Positions 15,700 through 23,637 of a stretch of DNA of 64,000 nt are shown one piece after another. Every line of letters starts with the position of its first letter. Within the stretch, counting starts at the first letter, position 1. Source of the stretch: Deltaproteobacteria bacterium (GTDB lineage: Bacteria; Myxococcota_A; UBA796; SXON01); contig BJHF01000017.1 in NCBI GenBank assembly GCA_014191855.1, forward strand, positions 5,255-69,254, written 5' to 3'. A program made the translations under genes and the position numbers. Below the pieces are notes generated by a model. It had not been told where the DNA came from and searched no databases. It worked only from the letters and a program-made list of their open reading frames with translations.

Positions 15700-18435
15700 A
15701 TGGCCAAGAAAGACAAGCCTTTCGCCTTTGAAGACTGGGTGGAGGCCGATCTGAGCGCGGCGTGTGCGGAAGGGCGGCTGCAGCCGGTGTTCGGGATGGA
15801 GGACGTGATCCGGCAGGTCGAAGACGTACTGGTAGCGGAGGGCAAACGCTCACCAATCCTCGTCGGCCCCGCGGGCGTTGGAAAATCGGCGGTGATCCAC
15901 GCGTTGATCAGCTCCGCGGCGGCCGGGAAGGGGCCCGTGGCCCTGCGCGGTGCCCGGTTCGTGCAGCTCTCGTTCCGCAGCATCGCGAGCCACTTCAAGG
16001 ACTCGAGCGAGGGCACCGACACCGTGCAGTCGGTGTTCGACCACATGCTCAAGTCCCCGACGCCGATCATTCCGTTCATCCGGGACATGCACCTCGCCTA
16101 TTCGCTCGACTGGGAGTCGTTGTTGTTGCGCTTCAGCTCGGCGTCCACGCGGCCGCTGCTGGGGGAGGCCAGCCGTCGCGAGATGCAGGCGATGCTCGAC
16201 TTCACGCCGGATCTCGGCGAGTGGCTGGTCGCGATCACCATCGATGAGCCATCCGTTGAGAAAACACGGAAGATCGTGGCGAAGTGGGCCGACGCCCAGT
16301 GGGCCAAAAGCGGCCGCGCGATCACGCCAACCGCTCAGCGCGCCGCGATCGATCTCACGGGCCGCTTCATCGGCAACCGGCACTTTCCTCGAAAGGCGCT
16401 CGATCTGCTCCGCGAAGCGCGGGATTTGGGGCCGGGCGGCGAGCCGGTCGGACTGCGCGAGGTGATCCAGCGCTTCAGCGAGAACACCCGCGTGCCCGCG
16501 CCGCTCGTAGACCCGGCGATCGACCTCGACATCGCGGCCACCCGCCGGTTCGTGACCGAGCGGCTGCTTGGCCAGGAGGAGGCGGCGGACGCGGTGGTGC
16601 GCGTCGTCGCGCTCATCAAGGCGAACCTCGCCGATCCTCGGCGACCGTTCGGGGTGTTCCTGTTCGTCGGGCCGAGCGGCGTGGGCAAGACGCACACCGC
16701 CCAGCTCCTCGCAGAGTACTTCTTCGGCGACAAGTCGCGGATGATCCGGGTGAACCTCTCCGATTTCGGCGGGCCGGAGTCGCACGGGCAGCTCTTCGGG
16801 AACCCGAGCGCCCACGTCGTGGAGCAGCGCCGCGGCGAGTTGGCGCGTCGCCTTGGAAACGCGCCCTTCGGCGTGCTGCTCTTCGATGAGCTCGACAAGG
16901 CCCACTCGGCTGTGCACGACGGATTGCTGCAGCTCGTGGATGAAGGCCGTTACATCAATGGAAACAACGAAACCGTCTCGGTGCGAAGCTTGATCGTCAT
17001 CGCGACGAGCAACGCGGGCGCGGAGGTGTACCGGGAAACGGGCGTGGGCTTCGCGGAGTCGCGCGACACCCGCGCGCTCGACGCGGAGCTGGATCGCCGC
17101 ATCCTCCAGGTGTTCCGCTTCGAGTTCCTCAATCGCTTCGACCGGGTGGTCCACTTCCACCCGCTCTCCCGCGCGACGATCCGGGCCATCGCCCAGCGCG
17201 AGCTCACCTGGCTGCTCGATCGGGAGGGCGTGGCCGGTCGCGAGCTGAAGGTGATCGTGGACGCCGACGTCCTCGATTGGCTCGTCGCCCACGGCTATCA
17301 CCCGCACTTTGGGGCGCGTTTCCTGCGCCGGGAGATGGAGCGAAACCTGGTCGGGCCGCTCGCGACGTTCATCGTGGGCCATTCCGTGCGGGATGGGGAG
17401 TCGCTGGTGCTGGGTGTACGGGGCGGTCGAATCGACGTGCGCCGCGTTGTGGAGGAAGAACCCGCACCTCCGGCTGCGGAGCCCATCGTTCCCGTGGCGG
17501 ATGCAGACGTGCAGGCCGCGACCGCCGCTTGGACGCCGCTTCGGGATGCCCACGAAGCTCGCCGCCTCGAGGCCGCTTCGCTGCTGGACAGCAGCACCAC
17601 GCCAAACTTCTGGTCCGACCCCGCGAAGGCCCACGCTGTGCTCGCCCGCTATCGCACGCTGGACGCCCGCATCGCCGCCGACTCCCGGCTCTTGTGGGCG
17701 CTTCGACGTCTGGAGGAGCTGCCGCCCGGCGCCGAAGAGGACCGCGTGCGCCGCGCGCTGGTTGAGGCCGAGGCGGCGCGGCGGCGCTGGCGCCTGCTCG
17801 ACGCGGACACGGGCGAGGATGGCGCGTTTGTGCTCATCGGACCGGCCGAAGCGACCGGACATGTAGACGCCGAATGGCTCACCGAGCTGGTGGCCGTTGA
17901 AGCGGCGTGGCTGCGCCGGATGGGCCTGGACCCGACCCTTGTGGCGGAGGAGACCGTGGGAGAGCACGTCGTAGGCGCCGTGTTTGAGGTGGAGGGTCCC
18001 GGACTGGTGCACACGCTCGCGATGGAGGCGGGGGTCCATCGGCGCCGCCGCCGCGACGGGGAGGCGGACCGATTGTTCATCGAGGTGGTGCCGCGCCGGG
18101 CGGGTGTGGTGTCGGGCGCGGTGACGGATGCGCGCCGCGGCGCCGGGCTGTTCGTACCGGAGGTGCGCGCCCGGGTGGTGGTCACCCTCGCGGATCGGGG
18201 CAACGCCCGGGCGTTCCGGGGCGTTGATCGTGACGTTCTGGCGCTGCTCGGCGGGGCGCTCACCAGCGTGCGTCCGGCGGAGGCCTCCCCGGCGCGGAAC
18301 TACCACTTCGACGGGGTGGCGGTGCGCGACCTCCGCACCGGCGCGTTCGTGACGTTGGCGAAGGATCTCAAGCGGGGCGCGCTCGAAGCGCTTCGGAAGG
18401 CCTGGGACGCCCGAGAGTTGCCGCGCAGCCCTTGA
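15700..18435 (+). CDS. Clp/Hsp100-type double AAA+ ATPase fused to a degenerate class-I release-factor (RF2-like) module
   Basis: D1 has Walker A LVGPAGVGKSAV, and its Walker B is degenerate (IPFIRDMH). D2 has FVGPSGVGKTHTA, VLLFDELDKAH and IVIATSNAG. The C-terminal ~300 aa parallels RF2: TPNFWSDPAKAHAVL; FVLIGPAEATGHVDAEWLTELV...WLRRMG...EAGVHRRRRR; NYHFDGVAVRDLRTGAF. GGQ is replaced by GAGLF, and no SPF tripeptide is present. Confidence 0.85.
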   Translation: MAKKDKPFAFEDWVEADLSAACAEGRLQPVFGMEDVIRQVEDVLVAEGKRSPILVGPAGVGKSAVIHALISSAAAGKGPVALRGARFVQLSFRSIASHFKDSSEGTDTVQSVFDHMLKSPTPIIPFIRDMHLAYSLDWESLLLRFSSASTRPLLGEASRREMQAMLDFTPDLGEWLVAITIDEPSVEKTRKIVAKWADAQWAKSGRAITPTAQRAAIDLTGRFIGNRHFPRKALDLLREARDLGPGGEPVGLREVIQRFSENTRVPAPLVDPAIDLDIAATRRFVTERLLGQEEAADAVVRVVALIKANLADPRRPFGVFLFVGPSGVGKTHTAQLLAEYFFGDKSRMIRVNLSDFGGPESHGQLFGNPSAHVVEQRRGELARRLGNAPFGVLLFDELDKAHSAVHDGLLQLVDEGRYINGNNETVSVRSLIVIATSNAGAEVYRETGVGFAESRDTRALDAELDRRILQVFRFEFLNRFDRVVHFHPLSRATIRAIAQRELTWLLDREGVAGRELKVIVDADVLDWLVAHGYHPHFGARFLRREMERNLVGPLATFIVGHSVRDGESLVLGVRGGRIDVRRVVEEEPAPPAAEPIVPVADADVQAATAAWTPLRDAHEARRLEAASLLDSSTTPNFWSDPAKAHAVLARYRTLDARIAADSRLLWALRRLEELPPGAEEDRVRRALVEAEAARRRWRLLDADTGEDGAFVLIGPAEATGHVDAEWLTELVAVEAAWLRRMGLDPTLVAEETVGEHVVGAVFEVEGPGLVHTLAMEAGVHRRRRRDGEADRLFIEVVPRRAGVVSGAVTDARRGAGLFVPEVRARVVVTLADRGNARAFRGVDRDVLALLGGALTSVRPAEASPARNYHFDGVAVRDLRTGAFVTLAKDLKRGALEALRKAWDARELPRSP

Positions 18436-18628
18436 CGAATGGTGACAGCGCGATAGTCGCGCGGGCCTCCGGGGGCTTCGGCCGCCGGATCAGCTCGGCG
18501 CGGGCGTGTTGAGGACACGTTCTCCGCTGCGGAAGTCCCCCATCCCGGGGGTTCCAGTCCGCATCCACAGCCTCCTCATCGACCTCAACCCACGCGACGG
18601 CCCGCCCGTCGCCGAGACATATCCCTTC

Positions 18629-20350
18629 ATGAGCACCACGACCCTCAACCTCGACTCCCCCCTCGACGAAGTCTCCCGCGCAGACTTCGAGAGCTTCTTC
18701 AACGAATTCCTGAACGACCGCTCGGTTCGCGAGCAGAGCGTGGTTCGGGGCACGGTGCTCGAGGTCGGCGATGAGTTTGTCACGGTAGATGTCGGCTACA
18801 AGGCCGAGGGCGTCATCCGCCGCTCGGAGTTCGTGAACGAAGCGGGCGAGATCACGGTCAAGGTTGGCGACGAGATCGATGTCTACCTCGACCAGATGGG
18901 CGAAGAAGACGGGTTGCTTGAGCTCTCCAAGGAGAAGGCCGACCTGATGAAGGCCTGGGAGGAGATCTCCAAGGCGGTTGAGCGCGACGAAACCGTGCGC
19001 GGCCTCATCACCAGCCGCGTCAAGGGCGGCCTGGCCGTCGATATCGGCGTCAAGGCGTTCCTCCCCGGCAGCCAGGTGGACCTGCGCCCGGTGAAGAACC
19101 TCGACAAGCTCATCGGCGAAACCCACGACTTCAAGATCATCAAGTTCAACAAGAAGCGCGGCAACATCGTGTTGAGCCGCCGCGTCCTGTTGGAGCGCGA
19201 GCGCGAAGACAAGAAGAGCGAGACCCTGAAGTCCCTCAAGGTCAACGCCGTGATGCTCGGCACCATCAAGAACATCACCGACTACGGCGCGTTCGTCGAT
19301 CTCGGCGGGATCGATGGCCTGCTCCACATCACCGACATGTCGTACGGGCGCATCCAGCACCCCAGCGAGATGTTCGAAGTGGGCGCGCAGATCGAGGTCA
19401 AAGTGCTTCGTTACGACGAAGACAGCGGCCGCGTTTCCCTCGGCTACAAGCAGATCCGCCCCGATCCTTGGGAAGATGCCGAGTACAAGTACCCGGTCGG
19501 CGCCACCATCCGCGGTCGCGTGGTCAGCCTCCCCGACTACGGTGCGTTCGTCGAGCTGGAAGATGGCATCGAGGGCCTCGTGCACATCAGCGAGATGACC
19601 TGGAACAAGCGGGTCAAGACGCCCAGCAAGCTCGTGAACATCGGCGACATCGTCGAGGCGCGCGTGCTCGGGATCGATCTCGAGAACCGTCGCATCAGCC
19701 TCGGCATGCGTCAGCTCGAGCAGAACCCCTGGGAAGCGGCGGCGGACAAGTACCCGCCGGGCACCGTGGTTCGCGGCAAGGTGCGCAACATCACCGACTT
19801 CGGCATCTTCATCGGCATCGAAGACGGGATCGACGGCCTCGTGCACGTCAGCGACATGAGCTGGGGCCAGCGCGTTCGTCACCCCTCCGAGAAGTACCAG
19901 AAGGGCGACGACGTGGAGGCGCGCGTGCTGAACGTGGACGTGGACAACGAGCGCTTCAGCCTCGGCATCAAGCAGCTCCACGACGACCCGTGGAAGAGCG
20001 TCTCCGGGCGTTACTTCCTCGGCCAGGTCGTGAACGGCAAGATCGTCCACAAGGTCGACTTCGGCGTGTTCGTCGAGATCGAGGATGGTGTCGAAGGCCT
20101 CGTGCACCACAGCGAGCTGGCGAACAGCAGCGGCGATTGGCAGACCACCTACGTGGAGGGCGCCACGATCGCGGCCGAGATCATCAACATCGACGTGGGT
20201 GATCGCAAGGTCTCCTTGTCCGAGAAGTCGGCGCAGGACCGCGCGCGCGGCGGCGACATGGGCGAAGTGCTTCGCAAGCAGGGCGACAGCTCGGCGAAGT
20301 TCGGCGACATCATGGGCGACCTCAGCAAGCGCATGAAGACCCGCGAGTAA
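18629..20350 (+). CDS. rpsA: 30S ribosomal protein S1
   Basis: The real start is ATG 18629 (MSTTTLNLD) inside ORF 18506..20350. Six S1 repeats are visible (GTVLEVGDEFVTVDVGYKAEG, GLITSRVKGGLAVDIG, GTIKNITDYGAFVDLGGIDGLLHITD, and so on). Confidence 0.95.
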   Translation: MSTTTLNLDSPLDEVSRADFESFFNEFLNDRSVREQSVVRGTVLEVGDEFVTVDVGYKAEGVIRRSEFVNEAGEITVKVGDEIDVYLDQMGEEDGLLELSKEKADLMKAWEEISKAVERDETVRGLITSRVKGGLAVDIGVKAFLPGSQVDLRPVKNLDKLIGETHDFKIIKFNKKRGNIVLSRRVLLEREREDKKSETLKSLKVNAVMLGTIKNITDYGAFVDLGGIDGLLHITDMSYGRIQHPSEMFEVGAQIEVKVLRYDEDSGRVSLGYKQIRPDPWEDAEYKYPVGATIRGRVVSLPDYGAFVELEDGIEGLVHISEMTWNKRVKTPSKLVNIGDIVEARVLGIDLENRRISLGMRQLEQNPWEAAADKYPPGTVVRGKVRNITDFGIFIGIEDGIDGLVHVSDMSWGQRVRHPSEKYQKGDDVEARVLNVDVDNERFSLGIKQLHDDPWKSVSGRYFLGQVVNGKIVHKVDFGVFVEIEDGVEGLVHHSELANSSGDWQTTYVEGATIAAEIINIDVGDRKVSLSEKSAQDRARGGDMGEVLRKQGDSSAKFGDIMGDLSKRMKTRE

Positions 20351-20382
20351 GCTCCGCTTCGGCGCAAGCCGAGGCGAACCGG

Positions 20383-20421
20383 GGCCGTCACCCTTCGCGG
20401 GGTGGCGGCCTCGCTGCTTTT
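20383..20421 (+). terminator. Possible rho-independent terminator after rpsA
   Basis: An 11-bp stem pairs ggccgtcaccc (20383-93) with ggtggcggcc-containing 20400-10. The loop is ttcgcg and a short T-run lies at 20417-20420. The T-run is separated from the stem by 6 nt, so this is weak. Confidence 0.35.
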
Positions 20422-20444
20422 GCGCAACGCGCTACGTGGGGCGG

Positions 20445-20774
20445 ATGCGATGGTTCAAGCTCGGCCTGTTCCTCGGGGTGGCGCTCACGGTCACCGCGTT
20501 CGTGGTCCAGAACAGCTCCCGGTCTACGGAGCTCTCCTTCGACGCGTACTTCGCGGCGTGGAAGCTGTCTTCGCCGATCTCAGTCCCCGCGGTGATGGTG
20601 TTCTGCTTCGGGAGCGGGGCGTTGGCCGCTTGGGCCGTGGGGCTCCGGGCTCGGGTGCAGCTCGCGCGGCGGGTGCGGCAGTTGGAGCAGGAGATGGCGC
20701 TGCGGGGCATGCCGCCGGCCTCGGGGGAGGGGAGCGGCGCGGGTAGCGGGGACGGGAAGGGGGGGTGGGGGTGA
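20445..20774 (+). CDS. LapA-family (DUF1049) inner-membrane protein
   Basis: MRWFKLGLFLGVALTVTAFVVQNS...ELSF......VPAVMVFCFGSGALAAWAV, followed by the coiled segment RVRQLEQEMA. The position after rpsA fits the family. Alternative GTG start at 20436. Confidence 0.65.
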   Translation: MRWFKLGLFLGVALTVTAFVVQNSSRSTELSFDAYFAAWKLSSPISVPAVMVFCFGSGALAAWAVGLRARVQLARRVRQLEQEMALRGMPPASGEGSGAGSGDGKGGWG

Positions 20775-21155
20775 TGGTGGGCGTTGACGACGCGGTGCCG
20801 GGGGACGAGCCTCTCGCCCTCCGCGGACTGCCGATTGGCGTCGCCGAGGACTTTGACGCTCCGATGGACGGGGAGTGGGCCGCGCTGTCGTGTGCGCATG
20901 AAAGCATGATTCGAGCAGGATTCTCGTTACCCGGGGATGGTGACTGAGGAGCCGAGAATTCATACCACGGAGGGCGCGGAGATCACGGAGGGGAGAGGGG
21001 AGGCGGAAGGCAAGGTTCAGGGCGGAGTGGTGTAGGGGCGGGCCCCCGTGCCCGCCCGAGCGTTTCGCCGAGAGGCGGAGAATCGGTTGGGCGAGTGCCC
21101 GGAGCCAGGTGACTGGGCCAAGGTGGGTAGGGGGGCATCGCGGGGGAGCGGAGAA

Positions 21156-21179
21156 GGGTCACGCAAAGCCGCGAAGGCG
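21156..21179 (+). repeat. Dispersed intergenic motif GGKTCACGCAAAGCCGC.AAG, copy 2
   Basis: gggtcacgcaaagccgcgaaggcg, preceded by the purine-rich gggggagcggagaag. Confidence 0.45.
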
Positions 21180-21233
21180 AGCGGGCGGGCGGCGGTGGTG
21201 GCGTGCGCCGACTCTCTTTGCGCGATGGGTGGC

Positions 21234-21368
21234 GCCTCACCGTTGGGGCAACGAGAGGAATTCGAGGCGTTTTCTCTCGTTGCTCGGTGGGTGAGGCCTC
21301 ACCTGACAGGCAACGGGAGCCCTGAGGGCCGGATCGCTCCCGTTGCGCGGGGGGTGGCCGGCCACCCC
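21234..21368. repeat. Two tandem related long hairpins plus a perfect 18-bp palindrome in a convergent intergenic region
   Basis: Hairpin 1 (21234-21297) has outer stem GCCTCACC/GGTGAGGC and inner stem GGCAACGAGAG/CTCTCGTTGC. Hairpin 2 starts again with GCCTCACC (21296) and has stem GCAACGGGAGC/GCTCCCGTTGC (21310-21346). The palindrome GGGGTGGCC/GGCCACCCC lies at 21351-21368. Confidence 0.5.
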
Positions 21369-21425
21369 GGTCGCGCCGAGAGTTCAGCGGGGCGGGGGAG
21401 GCGATCGGATCGGGCCCCGGCACCC

Positions 21426-22163
21426 TCACCCGAATTCGCAAACAAACCCGACGCCGTAGACGTCACTGCAGCCGGCATCGTTCCACGCCCCGCTTGGGAG
21501 CTGCTCAAGGCAATCTTCGCCGCCGTTGGTGTCGTTGGGCTCGCCGCCGGCCCACTTGGTCTCGGCCACGGCTTCCCCGGTGATCCAGACCCACTGGCCC
21601 TCCGCACCCCCATCGCAAGCGCCGAGATGGGCGTGCGCCACAAGGCCAAAGAGGAACACCCCCTCGTCCTCGTCTGAGACTGTGGCGAGGAAGCCACCGG
21701 CCGAGCGGCATGTCGCTCTAGCATCCACCCAGGAGTAATCGGCTTTGGAGGGCCAGTAGCAGCTCGATCCGTGGGAGGTAAACCCAGCGGCGCCTTCGCA
21801 GAGTCCCGACCAGGCGGGCACGGTATCGTGGTTCTCGCCCACAAGCCCGGAGCACGCGAAGGGGTCGTCGGCCGGATCTCCGGGGACACCCGTTTCGTCG
21901 GCGTCGGAATCCTCGCCGAAGGCGGTATCGCGGTCCGCCGAATCCGTTTCGCCGCTGTCGTCACCTCCCCCGCGGCCGCTGTCGTGCCCGACCTCGCTTG
22001 CGGAAGGGTCGAAGCCCGGAACGGGCCGCTCGGACGGGCCTGTCGCGCGGCAGGCGACAGCCAATAGCAGAACACCCGGCGTGGTCCACCTCCGGTCCCC
22101 GAGGGGAAACGATGGCTGCATCTTGCACTTCACCCGATCCGCTATGTCGACGGCGCTCGCCAT
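21426..22163 (-). CDS. C-type lectin domain lipoprotein (EPN...WND carbohydrate-binding motifs)
   Basis: The C-terminus reads WVWITGEAVAETKWAGGEPNDTNGGEDCLEQLPSGAWNDAGCSDVYGVGFVCE. Also present are WVDARATCRSAGGFLATV and the lipobox LAVAC. The likelier start is ATG 22121 (MQPSFPLGDRRWTTPGVLLLAVAC). Confidence 0.8.
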   Translation of the reverse strand: MASAVDIADRVKCKMQPSFPLGDRRWTTPGVLLLAVACRATGPSERPVPGFDPSASEVGHDSGRGGGDDSGETDSADRDTAFGEDSDADETGVPGDPADDPFACSGLVGENHDTVPAWSGLCEGAAGFTSHGSSCYWPSKADYSWVDARATCRSAGGFLATVSDEDEGVFLFGLVAHAHLGACDGGAEGQWVWITGEAVAETKWAGGEPNDTNGGEDCLEQLPSGAWNDAGCSDVYGVGFVCEFG

Positions 22164-22232
22164 GCCAAACGCGTCTAAGCCCCCCTCCCTGTTTCCCTCC
22201 GTGTCCTCCCCGCCCTCCGTGGTGCACCTCTG

Positions 22233-22340
22233 CTCTCCCTCTCCCTCTCCCTCTCCCTCTCCCTTTGCGTCTTAGCGGCTTTGCGTGAACCTTTCTCCCT
22301 CTGCTCTCCCTCTCCCTCTTCTCTCCCTCTTCGCTCCCTT
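22233..22340. repeat. (CTCTCC)n microsatellite tracts flanking copy 3 of the CACGCAAAG motif
   Basis: Five perfect CTCTCC units lie at 22233-22262. The inverted motif ccctttgcgtcttagcggctttgcgtgaacc follows at 22261-22291. An imperfect CT-rich tract runs to ~22340. The whole region is intergenic. Confidence 0.8.
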
Positions 22341-23637
22341 ACCATTGCCCCACATGTGCATCCATCCAAATCAGCCGCTCGTGCAACCAAGCCCGCACAT
22401 GCGCGTCCTCCTCGTCGTAGCTGCTCACCGGGTAGAAGTAGTTGCCATACCCGATCTCCCCGATGGGCCAACGCTCCAGGTTCCGCCCCAACGCTTCCCC
22501 CATCGTCGCCTGCATCGTATCGATCCGGGAAAACACCGCATCCTCGGCCAACACCCCTTTCCGCAGCTCCGCCCACCGCGCCGCCATTCGCGTGTGCGTT
22601 TCCGCCGCGCTCCCCGGCAACGCGAACAGCTCCGGTCGGTAGTCGATCCACGTGTCCGTCGTGCCGTAATCCTCGTAGTTCGCCAGGTTCCCATACCCCA
22701 TGTCAAGATCCCACGGCGTGAACTGCAGCAGCCCGTCGTGGTCCTTCCACGAATGCAGGCTCGTCCAACAGAAGTCCTCGTTCTTCACCAGCTCTTCGAG
22801 TAACAGCACGTCGATGAAGCTGTCCTCGTCGAGGTACGCCCACGCCCCGTTTGCGTCACTCGGGTCACCCCGCCGCACCGCATCTTCCATCTCCGCCAAC
22901 CACCCCGCCGCCCCCGCGCTCGACTCCGCCGTGATGGTCGATTCGTTTGGATACACCAGCTTCCAGCACCCGTGTGTCGTCTGGTTCATATAGAAACACT
23001 CGTCGTCGTCCTGCTTGAGCACCATGGAGAGCCCGTCTCCGGGATCGGGATCAATGTCAATTCGATCGCCGTCGCGTTTGATCCGCTCTTGGAGCAGGTA
23101 GATCCCTTCATAGTCGCCATTGAGCGTGAGCTCGCAGTACCGACTCTCCGGAGCGTAGCGGACGCCCCCGCCGAACGAGCGGAACAGGTCGTAGCCGAGC
23201 TTGTTTCTCACGAGCGATCGGTCGTACCAGTTGCCGTTCACGATCCAGTCGCTCTCGTCCCCCATCCCCAGAAGATCGGCGTTCGTGTCCGTCCCGAGCT
23301 CGTCGTGAAGCTCCACACCATACTGATGTTTTTCGATGTACCGCGAGCTGCGGCCGCGCTGCCACACCCTCGCCAACCCGTCGTATTGTACCTCCCCCGG
23401 CTCCGTTGTCACCGAAAACGTACACTCAGTCTGTGCCCCGTCCCCGATGACCGTGGCGCACTCCAACGCAAGCTGACACAGTTGGCCGTCGTAGTCCGGC
23501 GCGGGAGGCTGCTCCGCCGCGGGGAGCGGTTCGGCCTCCTCGGCCCCGTCAACCGCCTGGTCGCCGCCCCCCGACGACGCTGGTTCCGACTCCCGAATGC
23601 ACGCCAGCAGCGACAGCCCGAAGCTCAGAGCCCCCAC
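22339..23637 (-). CDS. CotH-family (atypical kinase) lipoprotein
   Basis: The real start is probably GTG 23637 (VGALSFGLSLLAC) inside ORF 22339..24036, overlapping the upstream stop. The body reads YGVELHDELG...DRSLVRNKLGYDLFRSFG...YCELTLNGDYEGIYLLQERIKRD...LLLEELVKNEDF...FTPWDLDMGYG. Confidence 0.75.
   Translation of the reverse strand: MGALSFGLSLLACIRESEPASSGGGDQAVDGAEEAEPLPAAEQPPAPDYDGQLCQLALECATVIGDGAQTECTFSVTTEPGEVQYDGLARVWQRGRSSRYIEKHQYGVELHDELGTDTNADLLGMGDESDWIVNGNWYDRSLVRNKLGYDLFRSFGGGVRYAPESRYCELTLNGDYEGIYLLQERIKRDGDRIDIDPDPGDGLSMVLKQDDDECFYMNQTTHGCWKLVYPNESTITAESSAGAAGWLAEMEDAVRRGDPSDANGAWAYLDEDSFIDVLLLEELVKNEDFCWTSLHSWKDHDGLLQFTPWDLDMGYGNLANYEDYGTTDTWIDYRPELFALPGSAAETHTRMAARWAELRKGVLAEDAVFSRIDTMQATMGEALGRNLERWPIGEIGYGNYFYPVSSYDEEDAHVRAWLHERLIWMDAHVGQW

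Noticed and set aside
20765-20947. 60-aa ORF with a C-terminal-antitoxin-like stretch (VAEDFDAPMDGEW)
   Set aside because: It is very short, overlaps the end of the lapA-like gene, has no toxin partner, and the resemblance rests on one short motif.
20950-21425. tRNA, tmRNA or tRNA-Sec genes in the larger non-coding regions (also 51652-52532, 56285-56540 and 57111-57479)
   Set aside because: I found no T-loop-like GGTTCGAAT/CC box, acceptor-stem pairing or tag-peptide reading frame by eye. A proper tRNA or covariance scan is still needed.
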